A stretch of 64,000 nt of DNA from Acidobacteriota bacterium (GTDB lineage Bacteria; Acidobacteriota; Vicinamibacteria; Vicinamibacterales; 2-12-FULL-66-21). Each line of letters opens with the position of its first letter. Within the stretch, counting starts at the first letter, position 1. Shown one piece after another: positions 54,740 through 64,000 of the stretch. The position numbers and the translations under genes are program-made. The notes under the pieces were generated by a model that worked only from the letters and a program-made list of their open reading frames with translations, was not told the DNA's origin and searched no databases. The stretch spans positions 4,137-68,136 of the forward strand of contig JBKPQB010000006.1 of NCBI GenBank assembly GCA_046733875.1. The letters run 5' to 3'.

Positions 54740-55981
54740 CTACTCGCGCCCGAGCAGTTCCCGGTACAGCACAACGGTCTGATCGCCCGCGGCGCGCCAG
54801 GAGAACTCTTGCTCGACGATCGTGCGCCCGGCCCGGCCGAGTTCCTCCAGGCGGGCGGGGTTGGACAGGGCGCCGCTGAGAGCGGCCGCCAGCGCGCCGG
54901 CATCACCCGCCGGAACGAGCCAGCCGTTCACGCCAGGACGCACCTTGTCAGGGAGTCCGCCGGCGCGGGTCGCCACCACGGCGCGGCGGTGCGCCATCGC
55001 TTCGAGCGTCACGAGCGAGCTGCCTTCATAGAGCGTCGGATGGATGAACAGCGTCGACAGCTCGTGCCACGCATGCATTTCCGCATCGGTGATGCGGCCG
55101 GGCAGCCGGACCCGATCGCCGAGCGAAAGCTCGGAGACGAGCGCTTCCAGACGCCGGCGATAAGGCCCCTCGCCCGCGCAGACCCATCGCCAGGGCCGCG
55201 CCTCCGCGGCGCCGTGGTCGCGCAGTGCGGCGAGCGCCTGGAGCAGGATGTGAAATCCCTTGTTCGCTTCGAGGCGCCCGGCGCTGAACAAAATGACTTC
55301 GCCCGACCGGACGTCCGCACGCCGGCGCAAATCGGCAATGACAGTTGGATCGGTGAACACGTCGAGCGCGCGCAGGTCGAGCGCGTTTGGAATCGTCCGC
55401 AACCGCTCCGGCGGCACCTTGAGGTGACGCGCGACGACCGCCTCGAGCGTTCGATCGGTTGCGATCACGGCATCCGCAGCCGCCGCGCACGCGAGGACCG
55501 CGCGCCGCAGCGGAAGGTACGCCGCCCGCTTCAGCCGGACGCGCGACGGGTCCGTCGCGCCAAATTCTTCGAGTCCCTGAGGGTTCAGCACGAGCGGCGC
55601 GCCAGCGCGGCGGCGCGCGCGAGCATAGCCGAGGACGCTCGCGCCGAGTCCGTGGACGAGATCCGCGCGACCGCTCGTCACAAGGTCGAGCGCGCGTCGC
55701 CCCGCGCGCAGGCCGAAGACGGGGTATGCCGTGCTTCGATCCAGTACGGTGGTGCCGCGGCGTCCGGCCAGAGGAAACGTTCGATACGGGACGAACTCGG
55801 CGCGCACCGCAGGATGCACGGCGTTCGCGCTCCACTCGCGCCCGCGGAGCGGTGGCCGCGTGATGAGCGTGACCTCGACGTCGCGGTCCGCGAGGGCGCG
55901 CGCGAGATCGTAGACGTGCCGCTCGAGCCCGCCGAACCCGTGCAGCGGGAACACCGATCGCGCGACGAGGACGACCCTCAC
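54740..55981 (-). CDS. Glycosyltransferase family 4 (GT-B, retaining)
   Basis: MRVVLVARSVFPLHGFGGLERHVYDLARAL and the C-terminal YEGSSLVTLEAMAHRRAVVAT (E-x7-E-like) block. GTGA overlap with the upstream gene. Confidence 0.88.
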   Translation of the reverse strand: MRVVLVARSVFPLHGFGGLERHVYDLARALADRDVEVTLITRPPLRGREWSANAVHPAVRAEFVPYRTFPLAGRRGTTVLDRSTAYPVFGLRAGRRALDLVTSGRADLVHGLGASVLGYARARRRAGAPLVLNPQGLEEFGATDPSRVRLKRAAYLPLRRAVLACAAAADAVIATDRTLEAVVARHLKVPPERLRTIPNALDLRALDVFTDPTVIADLRRRADVRSGEVILFSAGRLEANKGFHILLQALAALRDHGAAEARPWRWVCAGEGPYRRRLEALVSELSLGDRVRLPGRITDAEMHAWHELSTLFIHPTLYEGSSLVTLEAMAHRRAVVATRAGGLPDKVRPGVNGWLVPAGDAGALAAALSGALSNPARLEELGRAGRTIVEQEFSWRAAGDQTVVLYRELLGRE

Positions 55982-57237
55982 GGCCGCCGAATCAGCTCCT
56001 CGTAAAGGCGCTCCACGCGCCGGACGACAACGGGCGCGTCGAACTCGCGCTCGACGCGACGGCGGGCGGCAGCGCCAAGGCGCGCGCGGAGATCGTCATC
56101 GTACCTGAGCCGCTTCACATCGTCCGCCAGCGCTTCGGGCGAGTCGGCCAGCAGTCCCGTGACGCCCGGCTCGATGATGTCGCGCGTCCCGCCCGTGTCC
56201 ATCGCCGCGATTGGGACACCCAGCGCGCTCGCCTCGAGGAGAACTCGGCTCAGCGACTCGGGGCCGCGCGACGGAAAGATCAGCATGGAGGCGCGGGCGA
56301 GAAGCCCGGCCGCCGTCGACCGGTCGACCCAGCCACGAAAGCTGAACTGGCGCCCGGACGCTGCGGCCGCGCGCTCCAGCGCTTCGCGATCGGGCCCTTC
56401 ACCCGCGACGATCACGGTCCAATCGAGATCCGCGCGCTCGACGACGGCCGGCAGATAGCGGCTGCCCTTGTTCGGCGCGAGCTTGCCGAGATACAACGCG
56501 TAGGGCGAGGCTTCCGCGGGCTGTCCATCGCGTGCGGGAAGCGCACGGAGCTCGGCGACGTTCACCGCGTTGGGAATGATCTCCATGCGCGTCGACTGGA
56601 TCTCCGGCGCGCGCTCCGAAAGATCGGCGGCAATGCGCCGGCTGACCGCGACGATCGCATCCGCGCGCGCGAGACCCTGCCGCTTGCGCGCGAGGTTCGC
56701 GCGCATGTACGGAATCAGGGGAAGCGCCAGCGGCCACGCCGCTCCTGCGCGCGGGCGAATGCAACGCGTCATGTTTCGCGTCGAGCACTCGGGACAGAGC
56801 GCGAGCTCCGACCGCGTATGCAGCAGGTCCGACCAGTAGCAGACGGGCCAGTAGTCGCGGACGGTCACGGCGACGGGCACGTCCGCGCGCGAGGCCGCCT
56901 CGATCGCCGGCAGGGCAGTCATCACGTGCTGCGCGTGAACGATGTCGATGCCCTCGCAGCGGATGACGTCCAGCAGATAGTCGGCCAGACGCGGCGTCAG
57001 GCGTTCGCTCTTGAAGTAGTTCCGAAGGTAAGGGATGTCCGGCGCGGCGGCGCCGAACGCGCGGATCTCGAATCCGTCGTACGTCGCGAGACGTGTGCCT
57101 TCGGGCTCGCCTGGACGAGGCTGGACGATGAAGACCTCGTGCCCGAGCGTGCGCAGCCCGCGCGCCAGCGCGTGCGTGCTCCAGCCACTGCCGCCGCAGT
57201 GCGGCGGAAACGCGTCCGTCGGGATCAGGATCTTCAT
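55978..57237 (-). CDS. Glycosyltransferase family 4
   Basis: MKILIPTDAFPPHCGGSGWSTHALARGL and PESLSRVLLEASALGVPIAAMDTGG. ATGA overlap with the upstream gene. Confidence 0.88.
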   Translation of the reverse strand: MKILIPTDAFPPHCGGSGWSTHALARGLRTLGHEVFIVQPRPGEPEGTRLATYDGFEIRAFGAAAPDIPYLRNYFKSERLTPRLADYLLDVIRCEGIDIVHAQHVMTALPAIEAASRADVPVAVTVRDYWPVCYWSDLLHTRSELALCPECSTRNMTRCIRPRAGAAWPLALPLIPYMRANLARKRQGLARADAIVAVSRRIAADLSERAPEIQSTRMEIIPNAVNVAELRALPARDGQPAEASPYALYLGKLAPNKGSRYLPAVVERADLDWTVIVAGEGPDREALERAAAASGRQFSFRGWVDRSTAAGLLARASMLIFPSRGPESLSRVLLEASALGVPIAAMDTGGTRDIIEPGVTGLLADSPEALADDVKRLRYDDDLRARLGAAARRRVEREFDAPVVVRRVERLYEELIRRP

Positions 57238-58391
57238 GCGATCGGCCGCGCGGCGCGAAAGGCCGCCTCGAGCGCGCGGCAGTGCGCCAGCCAGCTGTAG
57301 TCTCGAACCGCGCGCGCGCGGGCTGCCGCGCCCAGCCTACGGCGGAGATCGATGTCGCGCAGCGTCGCGAGGCTATCGGCCAGCGAGCCCGGCGTTTCTG
57401 GATCGTAAAGGATTCCTTCAACGCCGTGCTGCGCGAGCGCCGGAATGCGGTCGATCGCGGGCGCGACAACGGGAAGCCCGGCCGCCATGTATTCGAACAG
57501 CTTCAGCGGAGACCAATAGAAGCCAAGCGACAGTGCCGCGTGCCGCGCGGGATCGAACGGCGCCACGCCGACGTCCGCCGCCGCGAGCGCGGCCGGCATC
57601 TGCGCGTGCGGCAGCGCACCCGTGAACACGACCGCGTCGAGTCCCGCCGCCTCGGTGCGTACCGACGAAAGCTCCGGACCGTCGCCGATCAGGACGGCTC
57701 CAGTCCTGGTCTCGCCTCGCCGATGCAGCTCGCGAACAGCGCGCACGAGGTGCACGGCGCCATGCCAGCTGCGGAATGCACCGGCGAAGACGGCCAGCAG
57801 ATCGACGGCCGGGCGCCGATACGGCGCTGCACCCGGGGTGTCCGGCCGGAACCGATCAGTGTCGGCACCCCACTCGAGGACTACGATCCGATCGCGCGGC
57901 GTGTTTGCCGGCAGGATCTCCGCGGAGGGTGAGACGATGAGGTCGGCAAGATCGCAGAGGTGTTCGCGCCAGCGCCGCATCGGTTGAATGATCAACGCCC
58001 GATCGAGGAGCGCCTTGCGCGAGCCCTGGTGATCGATCACGGGCGCGTTCACTTCGAGCACAGCCATCGCGCCCGCCTTTCGCGCTGCGACGAGCGCTTC
58101 GCCGCCGAAGTTGTGATACCGCTCCATCACCACGTCAGGGCGAAGCACCTTGACCATGCGGGCGATCTGCAGCGCGCGGGCAAGCCGCAGATGTGTCGAG
58201 CCGAACGGCGGCGGCAACGCGATCCATCGCACCCGCCCTTCAGGCAGCACCTCCCCGGAGGTTTTGCCAGCCGTGAGCGCCGTCACATCGTGGCCGAGCG
58301 CGGCAAGTCCTTCGGCCACCGCTCTGACGTGTATCGAGCCGCCCCTGGTGCCAGGCACCGGCTGATCGATCGCGGAGTAGAGAATCTTCAT
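57234..58391 (-). CDS. Glycosyltransferase family 4 (start moved to MKILYSAIDQ)
   Basis: GGSIHVRAVAEGLAALGHDV and SPLKLFEYMAAGLPVVAP. The ATG at 58391 overlaps the methyltransferase stop (ATGA). Confidence 0.85.
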   Translation of the reverse strand: MKILYSAIDQPVPGTRGGSIHVRAVAEGLAALGHDVTALTAGKTSGEVLPEGRVRWIALPPPFGSTHLRLARALQIARMVKVLRPDVVMERYHNFGGEALVAARKAGAMAVLEVNAPVIDHQGSRKALLDRALIIQPMRRWREHLCDLADLIVSPSAEILPANTPRDRIVVLEWGADTDRFRPDTPGAAPYRRPAVDLLAVFAGAFRSWHGAVHLVRAVRELHRRGETRTGAVLIGDGPELSSVRTEAAGLDAVVFTGALPHAQMPAALAAADVGVAPFDPARHAALSLGFYWSPLKLFEYMAAGLPVVAPAIDRIPALAQHGVEGILYDPETPGSLADSLATLRDIDLRRRLGAAARARAVRDYSWLAHCRALEAAFRAARPIA

Positions 58392-59449
58392 CCGCGCGTC
58401 GGAGATTTCTCGAGCAGCGCGAAAAAGGGGCCCGATTCTATCGATCCGAACAGCAGGAGATCCAGCTTCATTGCGAGCGTGAGCGCTTCGAGTACCGCTC
58501 GGGTGGAGCGGCTCCGCGCGATCTGTGCCTTCGCGGACGTGCGCGCCTCTTTGATCGCAACACGATCCACACCGTCGCCCGTCACGCGAGGGGCGAGGCG
58601 CTTCGCGGCGCGCCGCGCCATGTGGCGTTCGGCCATTCGCATCAGGATGTTCTCCACGAATCCGCCGACCAGCGGAGTGTAGTACCGGATGCGGACGATT
58701 CTGAAGCCGGCGTCCGCCGCGACGCGGCGCAGTTCGGGGATGTCGGCCAGCGGATTGAGATGATCGGACTTGCGCAGGTGCTCCTGGCGTAGATCGATGA
58801 GCCCTGCCCGGTCGAGACGGCGCGCCACCGCGTTGATCCATCGAAGGCCTTTCGCGATCGGCGCGTTCTTCCTGACGTGCGTGTAGACGAACAGCTGTCC
58901 ACCGGGCGCGAGGACGCGCGCGGCTTCGGCCAGCATTTGCTTCAGCGCGTCGGGCGAGAGATGTTCGAGCACGTCGAGCGAGTACGCCTTCGTAAATGTC
59001 GCATCAGCGAACGGAAGGCGGCGCAGATCCCCGAGCAGGAGATCGATCTTGCCCCGTGCCTCTTCCGCGAAGTACGGGCTGACGTCCACGCCAACGAGGC
59101 GTGCGTGCCAGTCGCGGTTCCAGAGGAGCGCACGTCCGCTGCCGCAGCCCAGATCGATGACCGCATCGTCCGGGCACGGCGAGAGGTACTCCCGCAGCAT
59201 GTCATTGCGGATCTTCGAGCCGAGAAGCGGCGGCGAAACATGCTCGTGTCGAGCGTCGGCGTGCAGCTCGGCGTCCAGGTACTTCGTGCGCTCGTCGTAC
59301 CCGGTGTGCGGGCGCAGATCGACGAACTCGCGCGAGGAGCCGTCATACCAGCGGCCGCAGGCGCTGCAGAGGAGCCCCTGTGATGCTCCTTGCAGAGTAC
59401 CGCGGCACTCCGGGCATCGAATGATGGACCGCAGGTACTCGGAGATCAC
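58388..59449 (-). CDS. Class I SAM-dependent methyltransferase with an N-terminal zinc-ribbon (start moved to GTG, VISEYLRS)
   Basis: CPECRGTL..LLCSACGRWY ribbon. SAM motif I VIDLGCGSGR. LPFADATFTKAYSLDVLEHL. GTGA overlap with the upstream GT4 gene. Confidence 0.85.
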   Translation of the reverse strand: MISEYLRSIIRCPECRGTLQGASQGLLCSACGRWYDGSSREFVDLRPHTGYDERTKYLDAELHADARHEHVSPPLLGSKIRNDMLREYLSPCPDDAVIDLGCGSGRALLWNRDWHARLVGVDVSPYFAEEARGKIDLLLGDLRRLPFADATFTKAYSLDVLEHLSPDALKQMLAEAARVLAPGGQLFVYTHVRKNAPIAKGLRWINAVARRLDRAGLIDLRQEHLRKSDHLNPLADIPELRRVAADAGFRIVRIRYYTPLVGGFVENILMRMAERHMARRAAKRLAPRVTGDGVDRVAIKEARTSAKAQIARSRSTRAVLEALTLAMKLDLLLFGSIESGPFFALLEKSPTRG

Positions 59450-60624
59450 ACGGCGACCTGATGGAACAACTGCTCGAGGCGTGCGGCCCGGCGATCCCAC
59501 GTGAATTCGCGCACGTCTACGAGCGCCTGACGCGCGAGCATTTCGCCGAGCGCGCTGTCGTCCTTCAGCTGGCGGATGGCTGCCGTCAGCGCCTGCGGAT
59601 TTCCCGGCTCGATGAGGACGGCGTTGTGGCCGTCGGTGAGGACTTCGCGGATCGAGGGCAGATCGCTCGCCACGATCGGACGCCCAGACGCCATGTACTC
59701 GAACAGCTTCAGCGGAGACGTGAATTGCGAGGAAATCGCCGACCGCGGATTGGGAAGCACGAGCACGTGCGCATCGCGCAGCCGGCGGCGCGCGTCGGCC
59801 GGCGGCAGAAGGCCTGTGAACGTCACGCGCGACTCGCAGTCGAGGGTGCGCACGAGCGTCTCGAGGCGCGCCAGATCCGCTTCGGCCGGGTGTCCTCCCA
59901 CGATCAGCCCGCGCGTGTCGGTCAGCGCGGCGACCGCCTCGATGACGAGATCGACCCCTTTCCACGGATAGAGGTGGCCAGCATAGCCGATCGTGAACGC
60001 GCCAGGCGTTGCGGATCCGGGCGACGACGTTTCGGGGAGGCGTGTGCCATCGGGCACGGTCGTGACGCGCGCGCGTGTGCCGAACCGGCGCGTCAGCTCG
60101 TGCGCGAGGCCGTCCGTGATCGTGACGTAGCCGTCCGCGCCACACCAGACCCGCGCCTCGCGTCTGGAGAGCCTGTCCAGCTTTCGCGGCGAGGCAGGAG
60201 GGGCGCCCGTCAGCAATGAAGGCAGCGCATCCGCAGTATCCGCAGCAAGGCCGTGCGCTTCGTAGACGACGGGCGCGCGGATCGCGCGAGGAATCTGCAG
60301 CAGCAGCGACGCGATCCCGAGGTCGCGCGTGAAGATCAGATCCTGACGCGCGCGCCCCAGCGATCGCCCGAGCGCGAACGTCAGGTACGCGGCGCGCCGC
60401 GACGCGGGCGGAACGCTCATCGGCATCGATTCGATGCGAAGCCGATCGAGCCTCGGCAGATCATAGAACTCGAATGGATCCCGGCGTGGCTCGTGTGTGT
60501 CGGGCCGGACGAGCAGCACCAGTTGATGTCCACGCATAGCGAGCGCGTGGCAGGTTTCCATCGACTGGATCCCGTTGGCACGTTCGAGCGGAAATCGGAT
60601 ATCGGCCAGGTACAAAATGCGCAC
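59446..60624 (-). CDS. Glycosyltransferase family 4
   Basis: GTG start. RILYLADIRFPLERANGIQSMETCHALAMRGH and SPLKLFEYMASGRPIVAS. Confidence 0.88.
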   Translation of the reverse strand: MRILYLADIRFPLERANGIQSMETCHALAMRGHQLVLLVRPDTHEPRRDPFEFYDLPRLDRLRIESMPMSVPPASRRAAYLTFALGRSLGRARQDLIFTRDLGIASLLLQIPRAIRAPVVYEAHGLAADTADALPSLLTGAPPASPRKLDRLSRREARVWCGADGYVTITDGLAHELTRRFGTRARVTTVPDGTRLPETSSPGSATPGAFTIGYAGHLYPWKGVDLVIEAVAALTDTRGLIVGGHPAEADLARLETLVRTLDCESRVTFTGLLPPADARRRLRDAHVLVLPNPRSAISSQFTSPLKLFEYMASGRPIVASDLPSIREVLTDGHNAVLIEPGNPQALTAAIRQLKDDSALGEMLARQALVDVREFTWDRRAARLEQLFHQVAV

Positions 60625-60722
60625 GTCGGTTCGGGCCGATCGTCCGTCGATGACACCGGATCGCTCCCGCGAACGAACAGCCTGCGCTTATGTTACCCGT
60701 CTGCAACCCATGCAATCGAGTG

Positions 60723-62075
60723 TCACGGTTTCAGGGGCGCGCGGTAGAACGACGACCGATCGAACACGTACCGGTACACGAGCGCCGGCGCCTCACGCGG
60801 CAGTGTGACGAACGCGTGATATGCGTTCTGCGCGGGGGAGAGCCGCTGCCGGTCCATCAGGCCGGTACCGAACTCCGCGATGAGCGCGATGTTCCAGTAG
60901 ATGGCAATGACAGTCAGGGCTCCGATGATCGTCCTCGCGGCGACACGGCGCGCGCCTTCCTGCAGCGCCGCCAGGCCGATGACGAGCAATATGGTGAGCG
61001 CCACGAAGCGGCGCTGCCCGTAGCCCCCCGCGACCGTCCACGACTCGACGCTTCCGCTGACGTATACCTGCGACGCGTACATCAGCAGCATGCAGACGGC
61101 TGCCTGCCGTCGATGACCGAAGGCCATCCAGATCAACCCGCCGAGCGCGATCGCCGCGAGGGGCGTCCACACGAAGAACCCGTGCTCGGGCGATGAGAGC
61201 ACCTGCAGCGCGTGCGGAGCGGTCCACGTCATCTTGCGTGTCACGAGCCGCGACGGTCCGAGATGGCCGTTGAGCCGCACGTATGCGACGGCCTGGGGTG
61301 TGAAAACGACGACGAACGAGACGAGCGCCGCGAGCGCCGCACGAATGGTCCGCGAGCCCGCGTTGTCAGCAGCCGTCATGGCGAAGTCCAGCATCGGCCC
61401 GACTACGAAGAACACGTCCTGTTCGCGGACCATGGCCATCAGTGCGCCAGCGGCTCCGAGCGCGGCGGCCCCCCTGATGGACCACGTCCTCCGGACACGC
61501 AGCCACACGTACACGAACAGCGCCACTGCGAACGCCGAGCACGCGTGCGACATCGGGGGCGCCACGTACATGTAGAAAAGCAGCGGCGTGCCCAGCCAGA
61601 CGGCGACGCCGGCCGCAACGGCTCGCAGGCCGAGCAGCGCCGACGACGAAATCGCGAGCGCGAGCGCGACGCCGCCGTAAAAGGCCGAGCCGTACGCGAC
61701 GGCCGCGATGTACGGCTCCGAGAACCCGTCGATCTCCACCCGACGTCCCGACGCATGGAGCACGCGAGCGGTGACATCGCCGGTCAGATAGAAGGGCGAC
61801 CACAGGATCGCGCAGCCGATCGTGCCGAAATTCACCCGGCGCCCCGCCTCGGTCGTTCTCTCGAGAAAGGTCTCGTGAAACCCTTCGGAGCGCGCGATGT
61901 TCCGGTCGTAGAAGTATCGATACTCGTTTTCGAACGAGAGATCGCGATCGAACCAGAGCGAGCGCAGGTACGCGAAGTACTGAATCTCGTCCGACGAATA
62001 GATGCGCGTCGTCACGAGCGGGAGCGAGAGCAGAAAGACAGCGAGCAGGACGAGGCGCTGCTTCCGGGTCGGCAC
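60723..62075 (-). CDS. Polytopic membrane protein, possibly a GT-C-type glycosyltransferase or glycan polymerase
   Basis: 450 aa with about 10 hydrophobic segments. N-terminal loop TTRIYSSDEIQYFAYLRSLWFDRDL carries an acidic motif like GT-C enzymes. No firm family call. Confidence 0.55.
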   Translation of the reverse strand: MPTRKQRLVLLAVFLLSLPLVTTRIYSSDEIQYFAYLRSLWFDRDLSFENEYRYFYDRNIARSEGFHETFLERTTEAGRRVNFGTIGCAILWSPFYLTGDVTARVLHASGRRVEIDGFSEPYIAAVAYGSAFYGGVALALAISSSALLGLRAVAAGVAVWLGTPLLFYMYVAPPMSHACSAFAVALFVYVWLRVRRTWSIRGAAALGAAGALMAMVREQDVFFVVGPMLDFAMTAADNAGSRTIRAALAALVSFVVVFTPQAVAYVRLNGHLGPSRLVTRKMTWTAPHALQVLSSPEHGFFVWTPLAAIALGGLIWMAFGHRRQAAVCMLLMYASQVYVSGSVESWTVAGGYGQRRFVALTILLVIGLAALQEGARRVAARTIIGALTVIAIYWNIALIAEFGTGLMDRQRLSPAQNAYHAFVTLPREAPALVYRYVFDRSSFYRAPLKP

Positions 62076-62077
62076 GC

Positions 62078-62902
62078 TCAGCCCCCAACCATCACGAACT
62101 TCAGCACCTCGGCCAGGTTGAATCCGGCGTGTCCAATCATCGGACCGATCACCGAGCGGCGCTGCAGATACACGGCGCCCCAGAACGCCCCGAGCACGGC
62201 GGTCGCGAGCGCCACGTCGTATCCCTGCTCGATGTGCCCGAGGCCGAACAGTGCGCTGAAGATGACGAGGCCCACCGCGCCGCCGCCGAGATACTGTTCG
62301 AATCGCCGCAGCACGAACCCCCGCTGTATTTCCTCGCGTATGCCCCCGGCGACCATCACGACCAGCGCGAGCGCGATCGCGTCGAGGCGCGTCTTCGCCA
62401 GATCCTGCAGGGGGTTGTGCGCGACGTTGTGCAGCGATGGCGCGACGATCTGCACGACCAGCAGCACGACAATGATCACCACGAAGGACGCCGGGATGAG
62501 AAACAGCCCGAACACCACTTCACGCGCGGGCCTCCACCCGAAGAGCGTCGCCCTGATCGACTCACGATGTGCACGGAGGAAGAAGCAGACGAATGCGACG
62601 AGCAGCAGCGTGTCTACCAGCGTCAGCGCGAACACGAAGTGCGGAGACAGCGATCCGTTTGCGAGCCGCGGCCGCATCCCGAACGTCGTCAGGACCGAGA
62701 CGATGATGAACTGCGTGGGAAAACCGGAGCAGAGGATGACTTCGAAGAGAGCGGCGGCGCGTTCGACCGGCAGAATCCGGGGACGCCACCGCGGCTCGTC
62801 GCCTGGTGGCGCGGCCTCACCGGGCAGCGGCGCATCGGGCGGCCGCTGCTCCGGCGTTGGCTCGAGCACGCTTGATTCTAACTCCCAAGTTCCAACTGCC
62901 AA
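62078..62902 (-). CDS. CPBP (CAAX) family intramembrane metalloprotease; start uncertain (TTG 62902 lies inside the repeat; GTG 62868 is the alternative)
   Basis: Motifs GGIREEIQRGF (EExxxR), FGLGH (FxxxH), HAGFN (HxxxN). Confidence 0.8.
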   Translation of the reverse strand: MAVGTWELESSVLEPTPEQRPPDAPLPGEAAPPGDEPRWRPRILPVERAAALFEVILCSGFPTQFIIVSVLTTFGMRPRLANGSLSPHFVFALTLVDTLLLVAFVCFFLRAHRESIRATLFGWRPAREVVFGLFLIPASFVVIIVVLLVVQIVAPSLHNVAHNPLQDLAKTRLDAIALALVVMVAGGIREEIQRGFVLRRFEQYLGGGAVGLVIFSALFGLGHIEQGYDVALATAVLGAFWGAVYLQRRSVIGPMIGHAGFNLAEVLKFVMVGG

Positions 62903-62957
62903 CTTCCAACTCCCAATCCCATTTTGAGATTTGGGAGTTGGGAATTGGGAATTGAGG
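62879..62957. repeat. Inverted heptamer arrays, locus E: 6x CAAnTnC, 11-nt loop, about 3.5x TGGGART
   Basis: taactcc caagttc caactgc caacttc caactcc caatccc (62879-62920) faces tgggagt tgggaat tgggaat tgagg (62932-62957). Confidence 0.8.
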
Positions 62958-62959
62958 CG

Positions 62960-63646
62960 TTATTTTCGCAGTCGGACGACGAGCGGAGCCGTGAGGCGGA
63001 CGCCCAGGTCGGCGCCCCTTCCAAGCCGGATGTCCTTGCCACGCGTCGAGAGGACGTATGCGGTCCCCGCGCCCCCTCCGATCAAGGCGCCTTCACGCGC
63101 GCCCTTCTTCCCGCCCACGACGTGGCCGACAAGCGCGCCGCCGGCCGCAGGCGCAAGGATCGTCAGCGCATCCTTTTGTTTCGTGGCCGGCGCGATCCGA
63201 AAGACGGTCGCCGTACTCATCCGAGCCCGTCCTTCACCCGGCGGGTCGATCTCCGTGAAGCGCATCGCGATCAGCCCGCGCCCCTTGACTTTCCCAGGCC
63301 GCTCCGCGCGCGTGACGTGGCCGAAGACGGGCGTGCCGACCGGCAGAACCTGCGTGCCGTGAATGACGAGCGAGCGGCGGAGCGCCCCGCGAACGGGCTG
63401 TTCGACGCGGCTCGTATCGGAACCGACCGACGTTTCGAGGTCCACGGGCAGCACCGTGCCCGCCGGAATCGTCACCTCGCGATAATCGTCCGCGCTTTTA
63501 ACAGGGTTTCCGGCCTCGGCACCCGTAGCGGCTGTGGACGCGACCGCCGGCGTCGCGGCCGATCCACCGGCCGAGAGGGAGCTCGCGTCCGCGGCGCACG
63601 CGGCAATTGCCGCAAGGCTGCAAAGCGCAATCAGTGCTCGTTTCAT
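62960..63646 (-). CDS. Hypothetical lipoprotein with a Gly-rich (glycine-zipper-like) C-terminal part
   Basis: MKRALIALCSLAAIAACA signal/lipobox. AAGGALVGHVVGGKKGAREGALIGGGAG. Confidence 0.55.
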   Translation of the reverse strand: MKRALIALCSLAAIAACAADASSLSAGGSAATPAVASTAATGAEAGNPVKSADDYREVTIPAGTVLPVDLETSVGSDTSRVEQPVRGALRRSLVIHGTQVLPVGTPVFGHVTRAERPGKVKGRGLIAMRFTEIDPPGEGRARMSTATVFRIAPATKQKDALTILAPAAGGALVGHVVGGKKGAREGALIGGGAGTAYVLSTRGKDIRLGRGADLGVRLTAPLVVRLRK

Positions 63647-63852
63647 TGCTGTCCTCCAGAAGCCGCGCGTCGCGGCCCTTCAGCTCAGCAGGTGCAATGG
63701 GCGTACCTCGGACCATCGGAGCACATCAATAAGATACAAATAAAGTTACGCTTCAGCTCTTCTTTAAAACGAGTAATATTTACCGGCGGGTGGTACACTC
63801 GGTAGCAAAAAAAGGTAACGAGCTTGTGACCACACTGACAGAAACCGACCGC

Positions 63853-64000
63853 ATGTCCCCCAATGAGCCGAACGGCGCGTTGCCGAGCGAACGCGTTCTG
63901 ATCGTCGAAGACGATCCGCCGACGCGTGTCGGATTGACGGAGCTCGTGAGCGCGTGGGGCTTCCAAACGGACGAGGCCGCCAACGGCGAGGAAGCGCTGC
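63853..64000 (+). CDS. Response regulator receiver domain, 3' end cut by window edge (in-frame GTG at 63826 is an alternative start)
   Basis: Hand translation gives MSPNEPNGALPSERVLIVEDDPPTRVGLTELVSAWGFQTDEAANGEEAL, typical of a CheY-like N-terminus. Absent from the ORF track because it does not reach a stop. Confidence 0.7.
   Translation, partial: MSPNEPNGALPSERVLIVEDDPPTRVGLTELVSAWGFQTDEAANGEEAL

Noticed and set aside
57234-60145. Very long N-terminal extensions in the ORF track for the GT4 gene (535 aa) and the methyltransferase gene (585 aa).
   Set aside because: The extensions are Arg/Pro/His-rich sequence that looks non-coding, and they overlap the upstream genes. Internal starts (ATG 58391, GTG 59449) coincide with ATGA/GTGA overlaps and give canonical N-termini (MKILYSAIDQ; the CPECRG zinc ribbon).

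Overview
GC-rich, densely packed chromosomal segment from a diderm bacterium. LpxC, BamA and TamB show it is diderm. The gene content and repeat style suggest Acidobacteriota, but that is inference only. I support about 57 protein-coding genes, many joined by ATGA/GTGA stop-start overlaps. Several ORF-track starts are GTG or TTG. Housekeeping blocks: uvrA (5' end cut by the window edge), lpxC, lysA, tmk, comF-rsfS-nadD-obg-rpmA-rplU, dprA-topA-trmFO-xerC, hslVU, fsa, acyl-CoA carboxylase genes, and tamB-bamA plus a SurA-N-like chaperone. Regulatory and accessory blocks: (1) an ECF sigma / STAS / 88-aa protein / atypical radical-SAM operon at 3.9-6.5 kb; (2) a ~16 kb signalling-rich block between xerC and hslV, holding an NtrC-type pair, an ABC-F ATPase, a GAF-PAS kinase with an HTH-receiver regulator and a stand-alone HTH paralog, an ECF/anti-sigma pair, and secreted or lipoproteins; (3) an eight-gene overlapping envelope-glycan operon at 53.2-62.9 kb. 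I recognised no rRNA, tRNA, CRISPR array, transposase or phage structural gene. Non-coding structure worth a second look: inverted arrays of 7-bp units (CAAYTCC / GGARTTG) at five intergenic sites; a 21-22 nt GC-rich motif plus hairpins at gene ends; two 48-bp palindromes sitting in frame inside xerC; a perfect 10-bp inverted repeat in an AT-rich island; a 19-bp direct repeat upstream of an ECF sigma gene; and a G7 tract that splits the 5' end of a GT39 glycosyltransferase gene. All functional calls rest on motif recognition by eye; no database search was run.
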